Source: the human T2T-CHM13v2.0 reference genome, Homo sapiens
DNA length: 64,000 nucleotides
Reading direction: 5' to 3' (one strand)
Assembly: GCF_009914755.1 (NCBI RefSeq)
Contig: NC_060930.1
The position numbers and the translations under genes are program-made. Below are positions 45,888 to 64,000 of the stretch, in pieces (the first letter of the stretch is position 1; each line of letters begins with the position of its first letter). The notes under the pieces were generated by a model. It ran no database searches and was not told the origin of the DNA. It saw only the letters and a list, made by a program, of their open reading frames with translations.

Positions 45888-48800
45888 ATGCGTGGTGTGT
45901 GTGTGTGTATAATTAAGGGGAATAATACTTAAAGAATATCAATTTTAAAAGCCTATATAGGTAGAAAAGATGATCTAGATAGGGCTGTCTGATTAAAAAT
46001 AAATTGGGATGGTAATACACAGCCAGTATGAGATTAATTCAATTTTTACATTCAAAATAAGGTAATACTATTTTCTATGCTTTTCTGGACAGATCATCTT
46101 TGTAAATGGTAGTCTTTTGACTATTTTAATAACAGCCAGCAGCAAAGGAATTTTGAGAATATCAAGTAAGTAAACTAAAAACAAGAAAAGTTTGACTTCC
46201 AGTAGAAGCAAAGAACAAAAATTATTCATTTTACAAAGCCTGGCCAAATTGAAATGGCCTTAGACAAGAATCTGTAGGATGTTAAGGAGAAAGAAAAATT
46301 GTTTAGAATGTAGTAATGGAATGCAATTAAGGGAAAGAAAAGGTAGGCTGAATATCAGAAACAATTTCTTAATAGTCTGTTAGACTGTACATTAGTTTCC
46401 CACAGGAAGAAATGGAAGCCTCATTGCCTAAGTCATTTAGAGCTAGTCTGATTCCCAGAGGGTGTGGCAACTCAGAAGGAAATGAAAACTGTAGAGTCTG
46501 AAAGTCAGTCTAAGTTAATTTTATAGCACCGTGCACTGCTGCCGTAGGTACTGAAAGGGGTGTAAAACCACTGTAATAGACATATTCTATCACTTTAAAA
46601 TGAATGGCTCACATAGCTACGTACCAGCAGCAGCATCAGATTATGCTGTCAGGTATACCCAGGACTGCCCCTGGCTGAGTGCTAGGACAACACAACAACA
46701 GATGTTATTAGAATGTGAAAAGAATGTTAACATGGCTGCAACTTCTGTCACACAGAAAGACATGGGGCTGATTTAGACCATCTAGCTGCCTAAGTATATA
46801 CTTGCTTCTCCCCTCTTTGCCTCATGTGTCTCCCCCAAAGCTACTGAAGAGCATGGACTTCGTAAAATAGGCTATTCCAAGACTAAACTTCTAGCCTGAA
46901 AGTACTTTGGGGATCAACTTGTACTCTTTATTTAACCACATTAATGACAGCGATCTTCTTGTTTTAGATTGCATGGAACATTTCTTTTAAATGTCTTTTA
47001 GTCTTTTCTAATTCCTCCATCTTTCTTCTCCTTACCACGAAGGTGAGATTCTACAGTATAGAAGCACACTTATTTCCCCATGCCAGAAAGAACTTTCCAG
47101 ATACTTCAGGATCCAGCTAGCATTAATATAAAACAGAATCCAAGATTAATGTAAGACATTGTTATGACTCACAAAGAAAGAAAAAAAATGCTGCCTGTAA
47201 AACTGTGTCACAATACTTTTTCTTAGAAATGTATCTTACGATTATTGGAATAGCCTTTTAAAGACTTTTTATTGTAGATGATTTACCATCATCAAATTTG
47301 TGTATATTTTTAAATTGGTGAAATAAATTTCTTAATATATTCTTAAACAATTCCACATTTAGACTGCAACTTTTCTGCATCCTTTCAAATCCAGGGGTTT
47401 CAATACTTATCTGTGTTTTATCACTAAAAATGGTCCTCTGTGCCATAAAGAGCATTAGTGATGAAGCCAGAATTTCTTTTAAAAGTGCTCCACTATAGTC
47501 TCTGGGATTTTCTCACAAGCTGTTGACACCTGTTCTGCAAAATTTGCTGCTGGCACTTTCTTGCTTGGCATGTAATAGTCAATAGAAGCAAAAGATAACA
47601 CATCTTTTTCTCCCTATGGAGTCTTTCTTTCTTAACTCCAACAAATCACTTTATTTTTGATTTCCAAGAAAATTTTAAAATTTCTTTCATTGCTCTTAGG
47701 ATAGATATTTGTTTCTGGACTATCAAATACATGTCCCACTGCATGGTTTCTGTTTCTTTCTGTACATACAATAATTTTTCATTTTAGTACAGAATCATAA
47801 TATAATTTTTGAAGACATTTTTAAAGGCAATTAAGCATAATGCCTGTAGTACAAGCATAATTCATTTAAAATGGCAACATGAACAACTATGACCAAATTT
47901 GCTTATGTGCAATAAGTGACGTCTATGTCATAACTGCCACCTGGTTGACAATGACAGGAGGATGTGGAAACTGTATTTTCCAGAAATATCTTTAATCCCT
48001 TCTTCTTTTAACATTTTCCCCAGGCCTTATTCACCCCAGCTGGAAAGTTTTATTGGTCCTTGAGTTAAAGCTAAGTTATTGAGAAATAACCACTGGCGTC
48101 TTTCTTTAAAAAAACTACAGGACTCTTAAAAAAAAAGTCACTCATGGCAAACATCCTGTTTGAAGAAAACACACAAGTTAGAGTGCTTGAAACTTTGCTT
48201 GCCATTTTAAGCATTTTTGTTGCTTGTTATCAGAAGGGCTGTGTTCCCCTCAATACGCTATAAAACTACTTCCTTGTAAAAGGTATTTGAAGAATTTTTG
48301 CAAAGGCATTCTTCCTTGCTGTACTCAGTCAATAAGGAGTAAATTTTCATTCCTTCAGATCTCCTCATTGATTTCAATAAATATTATTAATTTTAATATG
48401 AATTGTTATTCTTGATGGGCTAAACTATGGGGAAAGATGTATCTTAAAATTGATATAATAAAGCATCTGTCATTATATGGCCTTTCTTTCCTATTCATTT
48501 CTACTCCAGCTAAAGTCAGGTACCATGTGTGTACTGGGATTCTACTGCCAGTGAATGTTATTTGGATACCACTTCCTTCCTATGAATGATCCCTAGTTAC
48601 CGCAGGATTAGTGCACATACTGTGTGTGTGAATACCATATCCACTATTGTTCAAAGTATCTTTAGCAGCTACTAATATTACTAGGGAATATGTATATGCT
48701 TAACCTTATAAATTCATGCACCCATTTTCCAGCGAACAAAAGTATATTAAGTACCAGCCATGCACTAAATTTAGTCCTCAGAATGAGAAATAACAATGAA

Positions 48801-49256
48801 CAAAACAGGCATGATTTCTGAGCTTTCCACATCTACAGACTTGTTCTATACAAAGTCTTTATGGAATGATGAGGAGCTGTTACGTAATTCAGATAGCTCC
48901 AGATACCCAAGATATGCCCCTGAAATTACTAAGAAAGTGGACCTGAAACTATTCCCAAACAAAAGCACTGGAATAACTGTGATCTGCATCATGGGCACTT
49001 TGGAATTGCGTGTATGAACGTGCATATGTGCATGTGTGTGTGTGTACTCATGTTAAAGGATATAGAATACACCCAGAATCCTGGTTGAAAGGCAGAAGAC
49101 CCAAAGCCTTCTGAAAGAAAGCACTGGAAATGGCGTATTTTTATGTGGGGGCTTCTCAAAATATCATGCAAAGCCTCTTCGTGAAGTTAAAGGGCCAAAA
49201 ATTGAGGTCATTAGAATCATTTTGCTAATCTCTGTACACTTTAAATAAATTAAATG

Positions 49257-49533
49257 TTAATAATAATATGTTTTATAGTTTCAGTAGCTAGAGGAGAATA
49301 TTGAACATCTTCAACACAAACAAATGATAAATAGTTGAGATGATGGATATGCTCGTTACCCTGCTCCAATCATTCTACATTATATATATCACAGTATCAT
49401 ATGTTCCCCATAAATATGTACAATCATTATGTATCAATTTAAAACATTTTTAAAATTAAAATTAAAAAACTAAGGGCAAAACAAAAGTATATGGGGGATG
49501 TGCATAATTTCTATGCAAAAAAAGAGATAAAAG
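49257..49533 (+). mobile_element. L1MA 3' tip with extra downstream sequence inside the TSD
   Basis: L1MA 3'-end motifs (CAACACAAA.AAATGATAAAT..TTGAGATGATGGATATGCT..TACCCTG, CCCCATAAATATGTACAA); flanks AAATAAATTAAATG / AAAGAAATTAAATG. Confidence 0.8.
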
Positions 49534-50976
49534 AAAGAAATTAAATGGAGAGAAAAAAGTACCTATTTAAATTTGCCAGGAAAGTGCTTTTAAGAGACCA
49601 AATAATCCCCTTCAAAGCATTCTAAGTTTCAAAAGGGAAGAAAATTGTTAGTTGAATGTTTAATTAACATTTATTTCAAGCATATTAGTTTTACATGACT
49701 CACATTTAGTAATACAGTAGGGTTGTGTTCTTGCTACCATATGTGCACTTTATAGCATATTCAGTCCCTGTATATAATTAACACATACGGTTCATTTATG
49801 CCCATTTTGTAACACTTGGAATATAATTTCCCTATTTCAAATGATTATAGGGTTTATAGTTCTATCAGTGCTTCCACTGAATTCAGCAACAATTTATTGA
49901 GGAAACAAAGTGTAAAGTACTTCGCAAATGATGCTGTGAGAGGCATAAAGATGAAATAGGTATGCTTTCTATGCTTAAAGAATTTGGAATCTGAAGGGGA
50001 GAGTGGGTACAATTATGCACCTGTATGTACCTTGTGCTGTACTGGGCAAACAGATAACAAAAAAGAGTATGGGTGGTTGCTACTTTTCAGCAGTTTAACT
50101 TTAGTCGGGCATTGGAAATAAATACAAGGGTGTTGAAAGGTTCAGAGGCAAAAGAGATCAGGCAAATTTGCAGGAATGGAAGTGTGTTCAATATGTATTA
50201 AGAAGAGAATGCAAAAGGTGAGGGAAATGACTAGAAATTAAATCACAGAAGTAGGCAAGGATCTGACAGCTATAGACATCACACGTTATGAAATTTGGAA
50301 AAGAATTATGGATAGTCATGGTGAGTTTTAAACTGGGGGATGACATGGGTACCCTTTTGTTGTAGAATTATTATTCTGGCAGGGGTAGAGGGGATAGAGA
50401 GACAGACTGAGGAAGATTATGCCACATTTCTTAATCTAATGCATAGAAGAGGTGGGGGGAATGGAGAGGTTAGGATTATGAATTCCTACTAATAGCTCCT
50501 CAATTCTATCTTTTTCTGATACACCCCTCTCTAAATCCCCAACCCAGATAACATTATCGTTGCTTCTATATGTATGTCTGCTCCATTATTCCCTCATTAT
50601 AACAAAATTATCCTTTCCATGTTTCATATTTTCCAGTCCAAATCATAGAGGAAGCTGCTCTAACTGATTTAATTAATGTCTTGGTAGCAGCTCTAGAGCC
50701 CTACATCCAACTGCTTATTATTGCCTGGATATTTCAAAGGCTTCCCAGGATTTAAAATAGTTAAATACTAATTCATAATTTTGGGCAATTACAAAGTTCC
50801 AGCCAATGTACAAAGCAATTGCTATTCACCGTATCATTGAGATCATGTTGAATTTGGAAAGGACCTAGGTATAATGAGGCTCTTTAGTCCTGTCTTGCTT
50901 CCTGCAGCTATGCTGTCCTAATTCCAGGGCTAGTATATCATTATCATAAACCATAAGCTCCTTTCGCTGAAGTTGG

Positions 50977-51532
50977 TGTGATGTTTAATTTTATGTGTCA
51001 ACATAAGGCATTAGTACCCAGTAATTTAATCTAGGTGTTGCTGTGAAGCTATTTTGTAGATGTGGTTAACATATACAGTCAGTTGACTTTAAGTAAAGCA
51101 GATTAATCTCGATATTTTCTTTGGGCCTCATCCAACCAGTTGAAGTCCTTAAGAGCAAAAACTGAACTTTCCTGAAAAAGAAAAAATTATGTATCAAGAT
51201 TTTAAGGTGGATATCCTGCTCATGTTTCCAGCCTGCCAGCCTGCCCTACAAACTCAAGACAGCAAGAACAATTCATACCTGTGTTTTCAGCCTGCTGATC
51301 TGTCCTACAGATTTTGAATTTACCAGCTCAGTGCCCACAATTACATGAGCCAGTTTCTTTAAATAAATCAGTATATTTGAGATATATGTGTGTATATATG
51401 TATAGGCATGTATGTGTATATATATGTGTGTATATGTATATATGTGAAACGTATGTATGTGTATAAAAAACGATTGCTCTATATACACTTATTGCTCTTT
51501 GTTGGTTTCCTTTAGGAAGCCTGACTGATAGA
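50977..51532 (+). mobile_element. MLT2 (MLT2B/D-like) ERVL LTR with internal (TA/TG)n tract at 51381-51463
   Basis: TGTGATG.TTAATTTTATGTGTCAAC...GTTGACTTTAAGTAAAGCAGATT...; perfect TSD GTTGG. Confidence 0.85.
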
Positions 51533-51973
51533 GTTGGCTTAGCTGCCTGACCTAAGGATTCTTTCCCTAAGGAGAAGAGTGGGGAGGAAAAATAGGGAAG
51601 ATATTCCATCTATTCCAAGAAAAGTGTGGCATGGGACCCAAAGATTGAAAATGTTTGGAATTAACTTATCCTGACAGTGGTTCCTATTCTTTTCAATTTC
51701 TGGACCTACTCATCCCTTTTATTATGTAGCCTATCTCATATTCTTCCATTGAATCTAAATTTCCATGAGAAATAAAAGTCAATTTTTATGTGCTAATTAC
51801 ACCATATATTTTCATGAGATATGTGTAACAGTTGTCTTTAGTTAAATGTATAGTAAAATTATTTTAGATATATTTAGATACCAATGTAGAAAACAAGTAG
51901 CTTTTTATCTCTTTCACATTTATACACTACTTACATTCTAAATGACAGATATTAAGTGTTCCAATTTCCATAG

Positions 51974-52198
<225 letters not shown>

Positions 52199-53145
52199 TG
52201 ACTTTTTTATTAGTGTTTTCTTTGCAGGGTAAAATGTTCACAACCATTCCTAAATATAAAACACAGAGGCACTATTTTTTCTCCCCATGACTTCCATCTT
52301 AATGCTACTTTCAAAAGCAGGAAAAACTTTTTATATACGTTGAAACCCTGTGGGTAATGATCCTAAAAAAATGTTAGCCATTCTCTCTAGTGCCTCCCCA
52401 GGGAAGAAGTGGTGAAAGTAGGGGAAAAATTGATTATATAGATATTCTATGGATTAATACTGCTACAATAAAAGCAAACAACAGGAAGATAATTTTTAAA
52501 TTACTAAATTAGTTCAATGGAAGCCAATCAATTGACTCATACGCTATTCAGAGGCAACATAACTGCTGCTCTTCATAAGTGTTTCAGAATGGTTTATCAC
52601 TATCAGTAGAGTTGCAGATTTAAACAGCATGTTTCTGTGGCAAGAGGCACAAAGGAGAATCATGCGTTTTTGAATTCTAATCCTGGCTGTTTCATGTGCT
52701 TTGGACACTGATTCCATATCCATTTAAAAAATTATGATGGTAAATGACATTTTTAAAGCTTTAAAAAACACAGTGATAAGTAGAATATTGAAAAGTAGAA
52801 ACGAAGAAATAGGAACTCCTAAAATTGGAAGGTGATATAAGGCACAACACTGAACCCCACTCTGCCCCTACTCACAACCTTTTTTGGAAATAATAATTCT
52901 TTTAATAACTTAAATATACATCTGCATGTGTTGGACTAGAGCAGAAATTTGTAAAGTCACTTCAAAGAAAAAAAAAATAGCCTGTCGTTAAGATCTCCAG
53001 TTGAGAATAGTTGACTGTTAACATTCAAAAGTTATTAAAATTTTTAAAATAAACTGATTACAATCCAAAGAGGTTTGGCTTCTCTTTCTATTTTGTTTTT
53101 TGATCTGAATACTATTTTTAAAAGTTCCTTAGGCTAAAATGTCAT

Positions 53146-54199
53146 CAAAGGTGGCTTCGTTGTCATAAGATCTGGTGGTTGCACTGAGTCCTGTGCTCGG
53201 AAAAGCCCCACACTTGATTTATTGCTCTGCTGAGAATGTCTTCAAATTCTTAATAATTTTATGTTTGAACTTTTGTTTTGCAAGTGAAGTCTGGTGGGAT
53301 AATGGAGTATGTGTGCAGGCAGGGGAGACACATATATGGAAAATGTGTTCCTGCCATTCCTTGCTTCTTCATTCCCATAGAGTATTCATTATGCCCATGT
53401 GAGCACAGAAATATTGTGGACTCAGAGTGTGGAGCAGTTCAGGGAGACACAAAGCAAGTCAATGAATGCCTGTTACATCATGACTGAGTAAGCAGGAGCA
53501 CAGGCAATCCTGAGAGGCTACATTTCCATTTGAACCAGAACTTGATTCAAATGCACAAAGAAGGCAATGACATTCTAAGAAAATAAACCACCATGAAACT
53601 CTGCCATATTCTTTCTTACTCATTACTTTAAAGTATTTGCCAACCAGCTACAATAAAAATGATATAGAAGAAAACGATATAGAAGAAAAGAGAAAGAGCT
53701 ACTCATAGTTACTTTTTCTTTCCTTCTGTACTCAACAGTAAGCCTGAGGTAGACAGTATTGTTAGAATGTGTGCATATCAAGAACTGAAATAAAAATAAC
53801 TGAGTTAGTTTTATGCAGTGTTTTCAACTGCCTGTTAACAGCAAAATATATATGCATGTACAAAGTATAAAATACAAATTGTGCAATTCCGGTGATTCTA
53901 CTTAAATGGTTAACAGTCTTACATTTGCATTTAAAACTGGCATTACACAATATAAATGTGGGTGGCAAAGTTCATGCTAATGAATAAAATTTTTATTTTT
54001 TTTTACTTAAAGCAACTTCAAAGAGCAAATTTAAACATACACACACACCTCATGACAAGTCATGGAAGAGGCCACAGAAGAAAGGAAAAACATTTTTAGA
54101 TTTTTAGTATCCCTTATGTAAATATTTTTCTGCATTTTGAACAAATGGTGTCACATTTTCATTTGGCACTGAGTCCCACAAATTATGCAGTCAACCCTG
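53146..54199 (+). mobile_element. MER45B hAT-Tip100 DNA transposon
   Basis: MER45-type ends (..GCTCTGCTG..TCTT.AAATTCTTAATAATTTT.. and CATTTTCATTT.GCACTG.G.CCCACAAATTATG..CCCTG), ~1.05 kb, perfect 8-bp TSD AATGTCAT. Confidence 0.85.
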
Positions 54200-55114
54200 A
54201 ATGTCATCAGCTTTTTTCATACTTCGTCACTCATTTGGCTAATACAGACCTTATAGGCAATTTCTTTTTGGCTTTCATAAGAATTGCCTTCCTATTGGTC
54301 TCAGCTTGATCTCCCATTCTGATCCCACATGTTCAAATTTTGTGGGTTGCTTTGTTTTATTTTTCTTTCCATCTGAGTATAAGATGTCACATTCAAATCT
54401 TTTAATCTTGTTATAATTCCCATTGGCAAAATTGATTTTGTATTAATTAACTCTACTATAGTAACAACTGGAACAATGGAAGCCCACATTTATCAAAATA
54501 AGAGTAAACTCAGAGCTAGCCCTCCTCATTTTGGCAAAATATCTTTATTTCCAAAAGATCTTTTACTCCAATTCAGTGTTCTCTGCTGCCAAAGATAGTT
54601 CTTTCTTTGCCTTGCATTTATGTTTCTTTCCCTAAAATTCACAAGAATTTTATTCATAATATTTTGGATTGCTCCAATGACACAAATGGTGTCTATTACT
54701 TGTCTCACATTTAATCACTAATTATATGCATAAAGTATAATACAGCAGTTTTCCAGCTGTGTAAAACAACCCATGATGCTAATCTTTAAGAACTAATACA
54801 GTTTTTCCTACTTTAATCCATTTAATTAAAAAACTCCAAAATTATTTCCAAATAATGTTAATAAGTATGTATGTGCCTTTACATTGTAATTGGATATTGT
54901 TTATTTGTTGTATATTTACATTCTTTACATCTCTTTTCCTGACACATACATTTATTTTTACTTATGCAAAGAGTAAAACATGTACCCACTTACATAAATG
55001 TTACTTAACAGTTTATTACCAGCTAAATAACAATTGAAAAATTTATTTATGATGAAGTGCCAAAGACAGTACTTTATAAAATAACCTTTGCTCAACAGAC
55101 ATTCGAAGAATTTC

Positions 55115-55270
55115 GAACTGACCAATTGTATAATCTTGGACAAGTTACTTAACTACTAAGGTCTCTACCTTCCTTCTTTGTAAAATAAAGTTAATAATAG
55201 TGCCTAACTTGAACTTTTGTTAGAAGCATGGTTGTTACACCATAAGCATTTAATAAATGTTTGATAATAT
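55115..55270 (+). mobile_element. MIR fragment
   Basis: CTTGGACAAGTTACTTAAC...TGTAAAAT...ATAATAGTGCCTA core. Confidence 0.7.
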
Positions 55271-55397
55271 CTGCTCATTATTATTATTGGTGGTGGTGGT
55301 GTAGTTATTATTCTTATCACGTGTAGCTAATTGCTACAAATGTCATTTTTTCTTTCTTCCTGGATAATGGAAGTTGAATTTGGAAATAAAGCAGTGA

Positions 55398-55790
55398 TGT
55401 GTTCACTTCAGGTAATGGACCATTATTAGTCTTAGGCAGGAATAATAATCTTGTTTCTCACTCTTGCTTAATTTCCCAATATCCCTTGCAGCAAGGGCAG
55501 CCAAAGGATCCAAGTTAGGCAAATAAGATTTACACAGAAATTTTCTGATGATGTTTCTGAGAAGGTACTTAATTACCTTGTAAAAGGAGACAGATGTGCC
55601 TGGCATAGTCCCTTACCTCTTCTGTTTGCCTTCCTTGAATGTGAATCAGGTGCAGCAGCCATCTTTTGACAAGTCATGAGGATAAAAGCCAACACACTCA
55701 CCATGGCAAGCAAAGAAACAGAAAAACCCTGCACGTCCGATGACATAACTGAGCAGTGAGGCATAGTTCAGGTACATCCTATGTCTGCTA
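55398..55790 (+). mobile_element. Old MLT1/LTR16-like LTR fragment
   Basis: GCAGCCATCTT..CATGAGGATAAAAGCCAACAC..GATGACAT..CTGAGCAG motifs. Confidence 0.45.
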
Positions 55791-56126
55791 AGGGATACAT
55801 AATGGCATCATTTAAAATACTTTGGATGCTTCTAATAACTTATTCTTCATGATTTTTCAGATAAATAATTTTATTTTCAGTGTATAATTATAATAGCATA
55901 CAGTAAATGGGAAATAGTCATAGAAATGATTTTAAGGGGAAAAGTGAGTTACATCTAGTATGTCTTCCAGATGAATTTAGATGATTTTCTTGTAAAACTG
56001 GCTGAATACAAACTCTTAGAAATTTTAAGATGGGCTGGATATTGTCTACATACTATAGGACATACAAAAGGCATTTAATTTAAATAATTACACATTATTA
56101 TAAAGAATTATTTTTAAACTTATAGG

Positions 56127-56280
56127 GCAATGGTTCTCAACTGATTGCACCTTTGCATTTGGCAATGCATAAAGAAATTTTTGGTTGTTACACTGGAGGG
56201 AATTCTACTTGCACCTAGTATGTCTAGCCAGATATTTCCTCCCAACAAAGAATTATCCTGTCCAAACGCCAAAGTGCCAA
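56127..56280 (+). mobile_element. MER20 hAT MITE fragment
   Basis: CAATGGTTCTCAAC...CATTTGGCAATG...TTTTTGGTTGTTACA...AACAAAGAATTATCC.G.CCAAA. Confidence 0.7.
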
Positions 56281-56673
56281 AATACTTGCAAATAATTTGG
56301 AATGCATCTATTGGGAATGTTAAGGGTAGTCTTTATAAAGATTAAATTAATTAAACTATTTCTTATAGTCATAGTTAATGGCCAGATTATACCTGTGACA
56401 GTTAGTGCCAAATTTCAGGACTCTTAATATTTTTTGTAGTTGAAATGATATCATTTAAAAATAGTTTTAATTAGTTGGCTACGGATGAGAGAAAAATATG
56501 AAACAATAACTACACACAGTAGAAATCTGAGATAAAACACATAGTGAGACCATCTGATGTTCAAAAGGGCTTCTACACTGCTGACTGTTGAAGAACTTTT
56601 GTCATTATTTCTGCAACCTTATCTCCTGAAAATTTTATACCTTTATGACACAATAATAAAAGTTCAGAAGTTA

Positions 56674-60230
<3,557 letters not shown>

Positions 60231-60612
60231 AAAATGTGGCCCATATACACCATGGGATACTATGCAGCCACAAAAAAGGATGAGTTCTTGTCCTTTGCAG
60301 GGACATGGATGAAGCTGGAAACCATCATTCTGCGCAAACTATCACAAGGACAGAAAACCAAACACTGCATGTTCTTGCTCATAGGTGGGAAATGAACAAT
60401 GAGAACACTTGGACACAGGGTGGGGAACGTCACACGGGGGCCTGTTATGGGCTCAGGGGGCTGGGGGAGGGATAGCATTAGGAGATATACCTAATGTAAA
60501 TGATGAGTTAATGGGTGCAGCACACCAACATGGCACATGTATACATATGTAACAACCCTGCACATTGTGCACATGTACCCTAGAACTTAAAGTATAATAG
60601 TAATTAAAAAAA
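60231..60612 (+). mobile_element. Older L1PA (about PA5-7) 3' fragment fused to the preceding tail
   Basis: AAAATGTGGC..TTTGCAGGGAC..GAAGCTGG..ACAGAAAACC..TGTAAATGATG..CCCTAGAAC are older-subfamily states. Confidence 0.92.
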
Positions 60613-61174
60613 GAGAATGGTAAAAAAAAAAATTTCTTATACTTTGATTGTATCTATTGTCATACATATATTGTATTAATTAGATGACTAGTAATAGTTT
60701 ACATTGCAGCCAAAAACTTAGAGGTGCTACCGTAATCTAATGCAGGAACAGAATTGGAACCCCAGGCATGGAGGGGATCAAGTTTGCTAGGCAAATTATA
60801 GTGCTAAGAAAGATAAACATATATGGACACACTTTTTTTTATTTCATTTTTCAGTATCTTCTTTCCATTTCTGTACTTTTGGCTCTTCTAGAATAGCAAA
60901 ATATTCTATTTTTGTCTTCCTAAAAAAATGTATGATACCATACACAGAATAACTGCTTTTTATTAAGGAGTTGAGCTACATTCATCACTCATTATTTTAT
61001 GACACTGGGGTCACTCTCTCAGAATTTTGTATAATAAAGATTGCAATAAGGATTAAATGAGATTATGCAAGCAAAAAAGTGCTTCATTTTCTACCTGGCA
61101 TAGAATGAGGTTCTCAATAATGCTAAGTTACTTTTCTCTCTGCTGTGGCATTCTTGCTCCAGTAGAAGTGCTTA

Positions 61175-64000
<2,826 letters not shown>

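Noticed and set aside
44000-49200. Long mostly unique AT-rich stretch examined for exons or a promoter
   Set aside because: No CpG island, no recognisable protein similarity and no convincing exon structure by eye; conserved non-coding elements cannot be excluded without alignments.

Overview
Primate (very likely human or great-ape) non-coding genomic DNA; no cellular protein-coding, rRNA, tRNA or CRISPR feature is supported. 1-10740 is a ~75-bp SATR1/SATR2-type satellite array with a palindromic strand switch at 259/260, a decayed higher-order structure, and a full-length SVA inserted at 2430-3930. The rest is AT-rich, transposon-dense sequence: a MER4-group ERV1 remnant with a MER34-type LTR, several L1PA elements (one twin-primed and inverted, two compound, one truncated at both ends), a full THE1D provirus carrying a nested solo LTR, old L1M/L2/MIR pieces, MaLR LTRs, Alus, hAT DNA transposons, and the 5' end of an L1PA7/8 that runs off the window. 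All long ORFs come from L1 or are chance frames in repeats. I found no new gene system. The best observations are mechanistic fossils: an A-to-G cluster in the SVA (possible ADAR editing fixed in the genome), a 137-bp gene-conversion tract between adjacent L1s, two templated local insertions, two candidate 3' transductions, and a candidate endonuclease-independent L1 insertion. Subfamily names come from recalled consensus sequences and need Dfam/RepeatMasker confirmation.
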